Assembly (NCBI GenBank): GCA_029937975.1
Contig: JAPYOW010000003.1
Location: 1 to 59,512 of the forward strand
DNA: 59,512 nucleotides
Source of the DNA: Methylococcaceae bacterium
GTDB taxonomy: Bacteria; Pseudomonadota; Gammaproteobacteria; Methylococcales; Methylomonadaceae
Reading direction: 5' to 3'
The notes below the pieces were generated by a model. That model saw only the letters and a program-made list of their open reading frames with translations. It was not told the origin of the DNA and ran no database searches. Shown piece by piece: positions 29,692 to 40,116 of this stretch (its first letter is position 1; every line of letters begins with the position of its first letter). The position numbers were made by a program, and so were the translations under genes.

Positions 29692-30554
29692 GCATTTTAA
29701 TTAATCAACACACCCAGGTTATTTGTCAGGGCTTTACCGGAAGGCAGGGTACTTTTCACTCAGAACAAGCACTCGCTTATGGCACCAAACTCGTCGGTGG
29801 TGTCACACCTGGACGTGCCGGACAAACGCACCTTGGTTTACCCGTCTTTAATACAGTGGAAGATGCCGTTCAGGCCACAGGTGCGACAGCCAGCATGATT
29901 TATGTCCCACCCTTTTTTGCCGCGGATGCTATTTTAGAAGCGGTTGCCGCAGGCATTGGTTTGATTATCTGTATCACCGAAGGTATTCCGGTCCTGCAAA
30001 TGCTCAAAGTTAAAGCCGCGATGGCCGGTACCGATGCCTTATTAGTCGGGCCCAATTGCCCTGGCGTGATAACACCGGGGGAATGCAAAATTGGTATTAT
30101 GCCGGCGATGATCCATTTACCAGGCAACATAGGCATCGTTTCAAGATCGGGCACTTTAACTTACGAAGCAGTACATCAAACAACACAACAAGGCTTAGGA
30201 CAAAGTACTTGTGTAGGTATTGGTGGCGACCCTATTCATGGTATGACATTCATTGATGTGATCAGCCGGTTTCAGCAAGATGAACAAACCCGGGGTATTA
30301 TTATGGTGGGTGAAATAGGCGGCAGTGAAGAGGAAGAAGCCGCAGATTACATTAAAGCATCTGTGAGCAAACCGGTCGTTTCTTATATTGCGGGCAGAAC
30401 CGCCCCTCCGGGAAAACGCATGGGGCATGCAGGAGCTATTGTCACGGGAGGCAAGGGTACCGCAGAAAGTAAAGTGGCTGCGCTGAGAGCTGCCGGAGCA
30501 GAAGTCGTCGACAGCCCGACACAACTGGGTGTGGCAATGAAAGCTTGTTTATAA
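29688..30554 (+). CDS. sucD: succinate--CoA ligase alpha subunit
   Basis: CoA-binding N-domain and the phosphohistidine loop MGHAGAIV. Confidence 0.92.
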
Positions 30555-30738
30555 GCAGCTGTTTTCCATTGTTAAACAATGATTTCGGGAGGCTGCGGCC
30601 TCCCGGCATAAGCCCCCCACCTCAGTATCTTCGTAGGCTGTCTTGCACGACTCCCAATAGAGTAATTAACTTTTCCATGGCCACAAGGGCTGCTGACATA
30701 AGCTCAAAAACGAAAATCAAGATCGAGAATATAAAGAC

Positions 30739-32349
30739 ATGTTAAAAATAGCCTTGGCACAAATTAATTTATTAGTCGGTGGAATTAGTGTCAATCAAAA
30801 GAAAATTATTGAAACGGCTCAACGGGCACGCGACGAACTAGCCGCGGATATCGTTATTTTTCCTGAACTCACTATCACAGGCTACCCTCCCGAAGACCTG
30901 TTATTGCGTCCAGACTTTATCAAGCAGGCAAATCAGGCCGTGTTAGCTATTGCTCAGGCTGTACAAGGTATTGATATTGTTTTAGGTTACCCCGAATCAG
31001 CGAATAATTACTTATATAACAGTGCTGCCGTGTTACGCGATGGCAGCATATTCAAACATTATAGAAAAAATGCATTGCCAAACTTTGGCGTCTTTGATGA
31101 ACAGCGTTATTTCCATGCCGGGGCTGAACCCTGCCTGTTTTCAGTAAAAAATACCGTAATTGCGCTGACCATTTGCGAAGATATCTGGCAACAAGGATTG
31201 ATTGAAAAAAATAAACAGCAGGGGGCAGATATCATAGTTACCTTGAATGCCTCCCCTTTTCATGCTGGAAAAATTCATCTACGCGAAGACATTGTTTGTC
31301 AGCAGGCTAAAAAAGCGGAGGTAGCTTTAGTTTATGTCAATACCGTGGGCGGACAAGATGAATTAATATTTGACGGTGCATCCTTTGTGGTAAATACACA
31401 GGGTGAGGTCGTATTTAGAGCAGAAGAATTTGCAGAACAAATGTCGGTTGTGGAATTTAATCACAATATGCCCACTCACAATACCTGCTCCCCCTTATAT
31501 AATGAAATTTCCAGCGAATATAAAGCACTTGTTCTGGGTGTTAGAGATTATGTCCATAAAAATGGTTTTAAAGGCGCTTTATTAGGCTTATCGGGGGGCA
31601 TTGACTCCGCACTGGTCTTAGCTATTGCCGTTGATGCCCTGGGTGCTGATCACGTGGAAGCCGTGCTTATGCCCTCTAAATACACTCAGGATATGAGCAA
31701 TGAAGATGCTATTCTGGAAGCTGAAGCATTAGGCATTAAACACCATGTCATTGCCATTGAACCTGCCGTCACTGCATTTAACGGAATGTTAGCTGATTTA
31801 TTTGCTGGCGCTAAAACAGATAGCACCGAAGAAAATATTCAAGCCCGGTGTCGTGGCGTGTTATTAATGGCAATCTCTAATAAGCAGGGTAAACTACTCC
31901 TCACCACCGGCAATAAAAGTGAAATGAGTGTGGGTTATGCCACTTTATACGGTGACATGGCCGGCGGTTTTGCACCTATCAAAGATGTACCCAAACTACT
32001 GGTTTACCAGTTAGCTGAATATAGAAACACTATTTCAGCCGTTATTCCACAAAGAGTAATCACACGCCCTCCTTCAGCCGAGTTAGCCCCTGACCAGGTT
32101 GATGAAGACTCCTTGCCCGCTTATTCGATTTTAGACCCCATCCTGGAAATGTATGTAGAGCAGGATAAATCAGCTGAAGACATACTGGCAGCCGGATATC
32201 AATTAGCCGACATCAACAGAGCGCTTTCATTAGTTGATAGAAACGAATATAAACGCAGACAGGCACCTCCAGGTATTAGAATTACACCGAGAGCTTTTGG
32301 CCGGGACCGTCGCTATCCCATTACCTCGGGATATAAAGGCTCCCAATAA
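30739..32349 (+). CDS. nadE: glutamine-dependent NAD+ synthetase
   Basis: N-terminal nitrilase/CN-hydrolase domain plus a C-terminal NAD synthetase domain with the LSGGIDS PP-loop. Confidence 0.92.
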   Translation: MLKIALAQINLLVGGISVNQKKIIETAQRARDELAADIVIFPELTITGYPPEDLLLRPDFIKQANQAVLAIAQAVQGIDIVLGYPESANNYLYNSAAVLRDGSIFKHYRKNALPNFGVFDEQRYFHAGAEPCLFSVKNTVIALTICEDIWQQGLIEKNKQQGADIIVTLNASPFHAGKIHLREDIVCQQAKKAEVALVYVNTVGGQDELIFDGASFVVNTQGEVVFRAEEFAEQMSVVEFNHNMPTHNTCSPLYNEISSEYKALVLGVRDYVHKNGFKGALLGLSGGIDSALVLAIAVDALGADHVEAVLMPSKYTQDMSNEDAILEAEALGIKHHVIAIEPAVTAFNGMLADLFAGAKTDSTEENIQARCRGVLLMAISNKQGKLLLTTGNKSEMSVGYATLYGDMAGGFAPIKDVPKLLVYQLAEYRNTISAVIPQRVITRPPSAELAPDQVDEDSLPAYSILDPILEMYVEQDKSAEDILAAGYQLADINRALSLVDRNEYKRRQAPPGIRITPRAFGRDRRYPITSGYKGSQ

Positions 32350-32481
32350 TACATCCACAGCGATGTGCCTTGCACATCGCTCAATCAATAAATCTAACGT
32401 CCCAGTACCGCTGCTATTGTTTAACTCACTTATATTCAGTACACTTTAAGCACCTTCTCTAACCTACGGAATACCCCCCTG

Positions 32482-34116
32482 ATGTCTTCATTAACCGATT
32501 CAAGCATTTGGCACGAACTCCAACATCATTTCCATGAAGTCGCTGAATTACAAATGCGTGATTTGTTCGCAGCTGATCCGCAGCGTTTTGACAAGTTCTC
32601 TTTGTGTTTTAATGACATCCTGTTTGATTACTCAAAAAATAGAATCACTGACAAGACATTGCCTTTGCTGTTTGCACTGGCGAAACAAAGAAAATTAGAT
32701 GACAAAATCAAGGCCATGTTTGCGGGTGAAAAAATCAATCAAAGCGAACAGCGAGCCGTTTTGCATGTCGCTTTGCGAAATCGCAGTCAGCACTCGATTA
32801 TGGTCAATGGTCGAGATGTAAATGCGGATGTCAATCAGGTATTAGATAAAATCCGGGATTTTTGTGATGCTGTTCATTCGGGGATCTGGCGTGGCTTTAC
32901 CGGTAAAGTCATTACCGATGTAGTCAATATTGGCATAGGCGGTTCTGATTTAGGCCCCAGAATGGTTGTCAGAGCGTTACAACCATACTCAACCGGCAAA
33001 ATACAGACTCACTTCGTCTCCAATGTTGCACAAGCTGATTTACTCAACACGCTCAGCCAATTAAACCCGGAAACCACACTGTTTTTAATCGCCTCAAAAA
33101 CCTTTACCACACAAGAAACCATGACCAATGCTTTGTCAGCACGCAGCTGGTTAATCGATTCTTTATCCGCCCCTAATGCGGTCGATAAACACTTTGTTGC
33201 TATTTCAACCAACAAGGAAAAAGCCATCGAGTTTGGCATTAATGCCGACAACATCTTTGAATTCTGGGATTGGGTAGGGGGGCGTTTTTCACTCTGGTCA
33301 GCCATCGGCTTATCGATTCCCTTAAGCATCGGCATGGAGAACTTTGAAAAACTATTAGAAGGTGCCCATGAAGTTGATGAACATTTCAGACTGACCCCCT
33401 TCGAACAGAATATTCCAGTGATCATGGCGCTACTGGGTATCTGGTATAACAATTTTTTTAAAACCGAATCGCAAGCTATTTTGCCCTATGGTCATTATCT
33501 GCGTTATTTCCCTGCTTTTATGCAACAGGGGGACATGGAAAGTAATGGTAAAAGCGTTGATATTCACGGCAACCCAGTGGATTATCAAACCGGACCTATT
33601 ATCTGGGGACAGGCAGGTACAAGTGGACAACATGCCTTTTATCAACTAATCCACCAGGGTACCAAATTGATTCCCTGCGATTTTTTAGTCCCTGCAACCA
33701 GTTACCATGATCTGCCTGACCATCATAATATGTTGATCTCGAACTTTCTGGCCCAACCTCAAGCCTTAATGCAAGGAAAAACAACAGGTCAGGTCAGGAG
33801 TGAGCTGGACGCAAACCGACACGATGATATCCTGGTTAATGCCAAGGTTTTCCCCGGAAACATCCCGAGCAATTCTTTTTTATTTAAACAATTAGCGCCA
33901 AAAACATTAGGTTCGTTAATCGCTTTGTATGAACATAAAGTATTTGTCCAGGGTGCAATCTGGGACATCAACTCCTTCGACCAAATGGGGGTTGAATTAG
34001 GTAAAGTCCTGGCCGGTGTTATCTATCCAGAACTTCAGCATAATGAAGCGGTAACGGGGCATGATAGTTCAACCAATGGTTTAATTAACCATTTCAAGAA
34101 GATTCGCCAGCGTTAA
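32482..34116 (+). CDS. pgi: glucose-6-phosphate isomerase
   Basis: 544 aa, collinear with bacterial PGI ([22 protein letters not shown]). Confidence 0.95.
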   Translation: MSSLTDSSIWHELQHHFHEVAELQMRDLFAADPQRFDKFSLCFNDILFDYSKNRITDKTLPLLFALAKQRKLDDKIKAMFAGEKINQSEQRAVLHVALRNRSQHSIMVNGRDVNADVNQVLDKIRDFCDAVHSGIWRGFTGKVITDVVNIGIGGSDLGPRMVVRALQPYSTGKIQTHFVSNVAQADLLNTLSQLNPETTLFLIASKTFTTQETMTNALSARSWLIDSLSAPNAVDKHFVAISTNKEKAIEFGINADNIFEFWDWVGGRFSLWSAIGLSIPLSIGMENFEKLLEGAHEVDEHFRLTPFEQNIPVIMALLGIWYNNFFKTESQAILPYGHYLRYFPAFMQQGDMESNGKSVDIHGNPVDYQTGPIIWGQAGTSGQHAFYQLIHQGTKLIPCDFLVPATSYHDLPDHHNMLISNFLAQPQALMQGKTTGQVRSELDANRHDDILVNAKVFPGNIPSNSFLFKQLAPKTLGSLIALYEHKVFVQGAIWDINSFDQMGVELGKVLAGVIYPELQHNEAVTGHDSSTNGLINHFKKIRQR

Positions 34117-34477
34117 CTCCATCGGGTGTATGACCTCATTAAGCGGCATCCTGCTTTTGATCGCCCGTTTGTTTAATGCCATCGATAAGCTTAACGCCTG
34201 TGATGACATCCGCTAAATGTTTGTAGCCCCCTTAATCTGAGCCATGTCTTCTGAGCCGCTGCCATGCGTTGAGCGTTAACCATACCCTATTCACCTTTTG
34301 CTTCCCAGCGATGACCTCGTGAAGTGAAAGCGCCGGCCGGCAAATTCACACCTACGAAGGCTGATATTTTTCAGCCCTTATCAAGATTACGTCAGGAGCA
34401 GCTTTAACCAATCAATAAGCATAAATCAAAGGCCTGCCCCTATTATTCTTTTACCCGTTATATTTAGCGGTTCTTTA

Positions 34478-34945
34478 TTACTCTCTTTCTTTAACCAATA
34501 TTTTTCCAGCAGGACTCATCGCTAATTCCCAGTCTTCACCATCCCCGTTAGCATCCACTTCATATTCAATCCGCCCATCAGGGTGAGCAATTTTTTCTGC
34601 TTTCAGAATTTTGAGGTGTTTAAAGGTTTGTTTGAGTGTTTTTATTATCGCTTGGGGTAATGCTGAGATTTCAATCTCTATTTCATGGCCAAAATGTCGG
34701 CCTTGTGAGTCAAATAAAGTTTCATGCTGTTTGCCGTTAGTTTTATATTTGACTTCGTAAAGCACCATACCAAAATGCAAATCTTTATCGACTTTAATCT
34801 TTTTTGCATCAGGATGTTCTGCTTTCATACTTTTAATAACAACTTCTGGCACTTCAGAAAATTTTAAGGTACCCGCCTGTGCTGAAAAAACGGGTAAAAC
34901 AAGCATTGCGATAAATGATGATAGTATTATTTGCTGCGTTTTCAT
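34478..34945 (-). CDS. periplasmic PepSY-like repeat protein, unknown function
   Basis: Signal peptide (…FSAQA), then two similar ~60-aa repeats (P..V/I.K..K...P.AKI...K....YEV). The family call is tentative. Confidence 0.5.
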   Translation of the reverse strand: MKTQQIILSSFIAMLVLPVFSAQAGTLKFSEVPEVVIKSMKAEHPDAKKIKVDKDLHFGMVLYEVKYKTNGKQHETLFDSQGRHFGHEIEIEISALPQAIIKTLKQTFKHLKILKAEKIAHPDGRIEYEVDANGDGEDWELAMSPAGKILVKERE

Positions 34946-35758
34946 GATTATTCCTTTTCATTAATTTATTCACCATAAAGGTGATGCGTATATTTCAAGA
35001 GGGATACAAAAATATGTCCACATAATAATTAAGAACAAGGTCATCCGCAACACTATCAGCACAATAATTGGGGCCAGGGCCAAAGCGACATTGATATCTC
35101 ATCAAGATTAGTCCAAAGCGTATTAGCCGTACAAAACTTGCTCTAGGAACTGCTGAATAGTGAAGTTAATATGCCAGTACTTATAGAACTATAAATAGTA
35201 AATATTACTCTACCCCAAATATCTTGAAAACAATCACATATTTAATGCTTGTAACCCCCGCCACGCTATCCGCCTGTCCTCTTGGTATGGAACAGAGCAC
35301 CTATGCCCTTGGTAATGAGGTTTGTACGTTGTCTGGCAAGGTCAGAACCATTAAAGGCTCATTGCAAAACTGTCCTCAGGGTTTTTCTGCTACTAATGAC
35401 CGGCGGGGCAATACGGTTCGTCGCCTCGTTTGATTTACTTACTACTTGCAGTGGCGATTGCAAATACCAGCTAAAACGTAATGGAGAAGTATTATGAACT
35501 ACGAAATCTACATTGACGATGAATCTAAAGGCGTTAAATATTCGAAGCAATCAGGACGCGTATTAATAAAGGGTTAGCGCTTGGAAACAAGCTGTTCACA
35601 TCCCAAATAGAAAAATTGATTAATCAAAGCATACAGGAAGGATTGAGATGGCAAGACCACTTAGCATTGAAATTTACTCCGTCAGCTCCAGCAGTACCGA
35701 TGATCTTCTCGCACTTCGCTCAATACGCAGACCCCAGTCAGCATAAAATGCTTTATGC

Positions 35759-37129
35759 CTATTCTTCCCGGCTATCCATGCCGGCTTGCTCCGTCAGACT
35801 TTTAGACAAGGTTTTCTTGACTTTGACACCTAACTCAACAAAACTGCTCGCTTGGCGAATTAAATTACCATTGCCTGTAGTCAGCTTGTTCATCACTCCG
35901 TCATAGGTTTTATGGGCGGTGCTGAGCTGAGTTCCCAGTTTTTCCAGATCTTCTGCAAAACCTCTGATTTTGTCATATAAGATTCCGGCCTTATCGGCAA
36001 TCATTCTGGCATTTTCATTTTGACGTTCATAGCGCCAGATGTTCTCTATGGTCTTTAATGTCGCTAATAAGGTGGTCGGCGTGACCACCACGATTTTATG
36101 CTCGAAAGCATCGGTAAATAATTTTTCATCCGCCTGAAATGCCGCTAAAAAAGCCGCTTCGATGGGGATAAAAAGTAATACAAAGTCCAGTGACCTCAAA
36201 CCTTTAAGACCGGAATAATCCTTGTCACTCAAGCCTTTTATATGATCTCTGATGGCTTTGGTATGGGCCTTTAATGCGGTAATGCGTTGTGTGTCATCCT
36301 CTGTGGAGCAATATTCTTCATAGGCTAATAAAGAGACTTTGGAATCCACCACCACATCTTTATCTGCCGGTAAGCGGATAATTACATCCGGTTTGAACAG
36401 GTTTTGCTCATGATCCCTGAAAGCACCCTGAGTTTCATATTCAATACCTTTGCGTAATCCCGATCGCTCAAGCACTTTTTCCAGAATCATTTCGCCCCAA
36501 TTACCCTGAATCTTCTTATCGCCCTTGAGCGCTTTAGTCAGGTTTAAAGCTTCCTGATTCATCTTTTCGGTATCACGGCGCAGTGACACAATTTCTGCCC
36601 GTAATGAAATTCTATCTTTGCTTTCATTATCATAAACCGATTCGAGCCGCTGCTTGAAGTCAGTCAATTGTTCTTTAATCGGATTGACAATATGCCCCAT
36701 GCTGGTTTTATTTTGCTCCGTAAACTGCTGACTGCGGTCTTCAAAAATTTTATGGGCTAAATTCTCAAATTGAGTTTTCAGCTGACTTTCAGCATCTTGT
36801 AATAACTGGATTTTCTCATGGGCATTTTTATGCTGTTCTTCCAGGCGTGTTTTCAACGCCGCATTGTCAGTGTGACTACGGATTAACTGTTGCTGCAGTT
36901 GCTGATAATCTGTAGCTTTGTCATCTTGAAATTTAAGTTTTTCCGCGGTCACCGCCTGTTTGACGAACAGCTGCTGATTGCTTTCTACCGTTCGTTGTAA
37001 CTGATTTTCCAGCTCGAAAATATCCGCCTGATACCTTAAAGACTCCTGCGTCTTAAGGCGCCAGAGTACTATCAGTATAATGATCAGCAACCCGATGGTT
37101 GCTGATGCCAATAACAAATTACTGTCCAC
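35759..37129 (-). CDS. rmuC: DNA recombination protein RmuC
   Basis: N-terminal TM helix, a long coiled coil and a C-terminal RmuC nuclease-like domain (PDVIIRLP..K.VVVDSK). Confidence 0.9.
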   Translation of the reverse strand: MDSNLLLASATIGLLIIILIVLWRLKTQESLRYQADIFELENQLQRTVESNQQLFVKQAVTAEKLKFQDDKATDYQQLQQQLIRSHTDNAALKTRLEEQHKNAHEKIQLLQDAESQLKTQFENLAHKIFEDRSQQFTEQNKTSMGHIVNPIKEQLTDFKQRLESVYDNESKDRISLRAEIVSLRRDTEKMNQEALNLTKALKGDKKIQGNWGEMILEKVLERSGLRKGIEYETQGAFRDHEQNLFKPDVIIRLPADKDVVVDSKVSLLAYEEYCSTEDDTQRITALKAHTKAIRDHIKGLSDKDYSGLKGLRSLDFVLLFIPIEAAFLAAFQADEKLFTDAFEHKIVVVTPTTLLATLKTIENIWRYERQNENARMIADKAGILYDKIRGFAEDLEKLGTQLSTAHKTYDGVMNKLTTGNGNLIRQASSFVELGVKVKKTLSKSLTEQAGMDSREE

Positions 37130-37138
37130 TACAATCCA

Positions 37139-38419
37139 TTACAATGTTTTGAACACAGTACTGGCTGCCTCTATAGTTTTGGCAATGTCTTCATCACTAT
37201 GTGCGGCAGAGACAAAACCCGCTTCAAATGCTGACGGCGCCAGATACACGCCGCGTTCCAGCATACCGTGAAAAAATTTCTTAAACCGGGCCTGATCAGA
37301 TTTCATGACTTGTGCAAAGCTGCTCACTGTTTCTTCTTCGGTAAAAAACAATCCAAACATCGCGCCCACTCGATTTACTGCAAAAGGGATACCCGCCAGT
37401 CTGGCTTTATCATGGATGCCAGTAACTAATTGTTCTGTTTTTTCTGATAATTGCTGATAAAAGCCCGTGTGTGAAATCAATTCCAGGGTTTTTAAACCGG
37501 CAGCCATCGCCACAGGATTGCCAGATAATGTGCCCGCCTGATAAACCGGGCCTAACGGTGCCAAATACTGCATTATTTTCTGAATACCGCCAAAAGCCCC
37601 CACAGGCATCCCACCCCCAATAATTTTGCCGAGTGTGGTCAGGTCGGGGCTGATTTTATAAACACCTTGTGCGCCGTGTAAACCGACCCGAAAACCGGTC
37701 ATCACTTCATCAAAAATCAATACGCTGTTATGTTCATCACAGACCTTACGTAGGGTTTCTAAAAAACCGGGGAGGGGGGGTATGCAATTCATATTACCCG
37801 CCACCGGCTCAACAATAATACAGGCAATCTCATCGCCTATTTCTGCAAACAGCTTGGTAACGCTCTCACTATCGTTATAAACCAATGTCAGGGTATCTGC
37901 CGCTAGACTTGCCGGCACTCCCGGAGAGCTGGGAACCCCCAGAGTTAATGCCCCTGAGCCGGCTTTAACCAATAAGGAATCAGAGTGCCCATGATAGCAG
38001 CCTTCAAATTTAACAATTTTATCGCGTCCGGTATAACCACGCGCTAAACGCAACGCACTCATAGTGGCTTCAGTTCCCGAACTGACCATCCGGACCATAT
38101 CCATGGACGGCACAAGTTCACAGACTTTAATCGCCATTAAGGTTTCGATTTCGGTGGGTGCGCCAAAGCTCAACCCTTTCTCTGCCGTTTGTTTGACCAC
38201 CTCAATCACCTCAGGGTGAGCATGGCCTAAAATCATTGGTCCCCATGAACCCACATAGTCAATATAAGACTTATTTTCACTATCATAAACAATAGAACCC
38301 CGAGCGTGATCAAAATACACAGGTGTGCCGCCTACGCCACTAAATGATCTAACAGGGGAGTTAACGCCACCCGGAATTACTTTCTTGGCTTCAGTAAATA
38401 AAGTGCTTGCTTGAGTCAT
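37139..38419 (-). CDS. hemL: glutamate-1-semialdehyde 2,1-aminomutase
   Basis: Collinear with HemL ([11 protein letters not shown], the PLP-Lys region). ATG at 38419 (MTQASTLF...); the ORF is open to 38479. Confidence 0.95.
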   Translation of the reverse strand: MTQASTLFTEAKKVIPGGVNSPVRSFSGVGGTPVYFDHARGSIVYDSENKSYIDYVGSWGPMILGHAHPEVIEVVKQTAEKGLSFGAPTEIETLMAIKVCELVPSMDMVRMVSSGTEATMSALRLARGYTGRDKIVKFEGCYHGHSDSLLVKAGSGALTLGVPSSPGVPASLAADTLTLVYNDSESVTKLFAEIGDEIACIIVEPVAGNMNCIPPLPGFLETLRKVCDEHNSVLIFDEVMTGFRVGLHGAQGVYKISPDLTTLGKIIGGGMPVGAFGGIQKIMQYLAPLGPVYQAGTLSGNPVAMAAGLKTLELISHTGFYQQLSEKTEQLVTGIHDKARLAGIPFAVNRVGAMFGLFFTEEETVSSFAQVMKSDQARFKKFFHGMLERGVYLAPSAFEAGFVSAAHSDEDIAKTIEAASTVFKTL

Positions 38420-38870
38420 AATTTCGTTTGATTGATCGAATAATCTGTCAAGGATAGGTGAACGCCAAAAGGGTAGCAAGTAAATACTTTACAGGCGACA
38501 AAAAATGTATATCTGCCGCTCAGGTTTTAGCTGATTTGCCAGCTTCAATTTTTCAAACATGGGGATATTTAGTGTGTTGAACCGATGATCGCAAGAAGGC
38601 CCATAATTTCCCAGCTATGCACCCAGAGGATCTGATCAGCTGCAAAAGGCCAGCAAAATCCTCTGCTTGCGAGCGGCAGACCTGCTGTTGGAATACCTGT
38701 GAGGTTAAATAAAGACGGCGCTTCGCCAAATTAATGATCTCTCGCCAGGTATTGTCAATGGCTGGTCTAAGCAACGGCTACGCTTAAACCTGTGCCATGG
38801 GCAAGACTAGACACTCTGCGTCCTGCCATGTGTTTTATCCGCATTTTGTCAGACCTTGTCAGGCCTAGGG

Positions 38871-39101
38871 TCAACGCAACATAACATCCAGTTGATCCAC
38901 TATTTCAGCCCAATCTGCATCTTCGTCTTTCATCTGTTTTAAAAAAGAGGCCTGTGCTGTATTCCAGAAATCCGCATGATATAACTCTATCTTTCCGGAT
39001 AAGGGCTTATGTCTATCAATGAAGTCATCAATTTCTTGGTCTGTGCTACCAAGTCCTAATTGATCAAATAACGCAGTAATGGAATGAATGGATGTTTCCA
39101 T
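38871..39101 (-). CDS. DUF2789 family protein
   Basis: 76 aa, with LFDQLGL....I..FI..H and FWN.AQA.FL motifs typical of DUF2789. Confidence 0.7.
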   Translation of the reverse strand: METSIHSITALFDQLGLGSTDQEIDDFIDRHKPLSGKIELYHADFWNTAQASFLKQMKDEDADWAEIVDQLDVMLR

Positions 39102-39263
39102 TATTTTCCCCCTTTATGCAATCCATAGTGAGATACATGACTGCTGTGCCACTAAACACAGCCCGCAAACAAGAAATGTGGAGCCGGGCCTGCGCTCATT
39201 CAGCCCCAACTCAGAACACCTGAAAATCCGTAATACAGTCATCTCAGGTGGCTGTATGCCAGA

Positions 39264-39773
39264 CTATTTGGCAATTCCACAAGCAACACGGGCGCCACCG
39301 CCGCCCAGTGCTTTTGGTTGATCCGAGTGATTATCTCCCCCTCCGTGAATCATAAAGGCTTTGCCCTGAAGCTGCGCCATTTTCAACCGCGGGGCAAGGA
39401 CAGCCTGGTCGGCATTGCCATTAGCATCTACAAACAAGGGGGGTAAATCACCCAGATGTCCATCGCCCCATGGGGTACCATGCTTTTTTGACAGACCTGG
39501 ATCATAGTGTCCTCCGGCCGCAAGCGCAGGAACACTTTTTCCCGCTTTGGTCTTTGGCATGCAGCTGGCGTGCTGGTGAATATGAAAGCCATGGAACCCC
39601 GGCGTCAGCCCTTTAAGCTGAGGTGAAAAAACAACCCCATACTTTGATTCGCTCAGCTTGATGGTGCCGGCCAGGTTACCAATCCCTTTGTTATTAACAA
39701 AATTCATAGAAATGCTCTCAGCCATTGCAGACAATGGTATTAAACTAGCGAGTAATATAATGATTTTTTTCAT
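39264..39773 (-). CDS. sodC: periplasmic Cu,Zn superoxide dismutase
   Basis: Signal peptide. Metal-ligand blocks GFHGFHIHQ, GGHYDP and GGGGARVACG. Confidence 0.93.
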   Translation of the reverse strand: MKKIIILLASLIPLSAMAESISMNFVNNKGIGNLAGTIKLSESKYGVVFSPQLKGLTPGFHGFHIHQHASCMPKTKAGKSVPALAAGGHYDPGLSKKHGTPWGDGHLGDLPPLFVDANGNADQAVLAPRLKMAQLQGKAFMIHGGGDNHSDQPKALGGGGARVACGIAK

Positions 39774-40116
39774 GATTTCACCTCTCTAAAATAACCAGCA
39801 CTAATGCAACAAAGATTAGCACTTACTGGGTCTTTAAGCCCCTAACAAGTTTTTAATCCGTTCCTATTCTGTTATACGCCAGTCATTTAAAATTAACAAT
39901 GGATACCTCAAGCAATGGCATTACGCCGCCGCCCCCCCTTTCATATCGTCAGTAATGGCTTTGAATTCACTCCATGCGGGCATAAATTTAATCCATATCT
40001 ATGCCCTGAGTGGCAGCGCTATACGGCATCCGCTGCTGTAAAAGAGAGTCAGTTTCATCAGCCATGCAAACTCCAGCTCAATCTTGAACGCCCTCTTATA
40101 TCTGACAAAAAACCGG

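Noticed and set aside
28522-30554. Alternative reading of sucCD as malate--CoA ligase (mtkAB) of a serine-cycle methylotroph.
   Set aside because: No serine-cycle genes are adjacent, and the sequences read like ordinary SucC/SucD. The two families cannot be separated by eye, so the succinyl-CoA synthetase call is kept, with this caveat.
34130-34230. Short minus-strand frame (GGYKHLADVITGVKLIDGIKQTGDQKQDAA*) downstream of pgi that reminded me of a transposase or dehydrogenase C-terminus.
   Set aside because: It is only about 30 codons, bounded by stops, and I cannot match it to a specific family from memory. No inverted repeats or other IS hallmarks are nearby.
38480-38870. 73-aa minus-strand ORF 38553..38774 between hemL and the DUF2789 gene.
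   Set aside because: Non-ATG start, no SD and no recognisable domain. It is possibly a gene fragment, but there is no supporting evidence.
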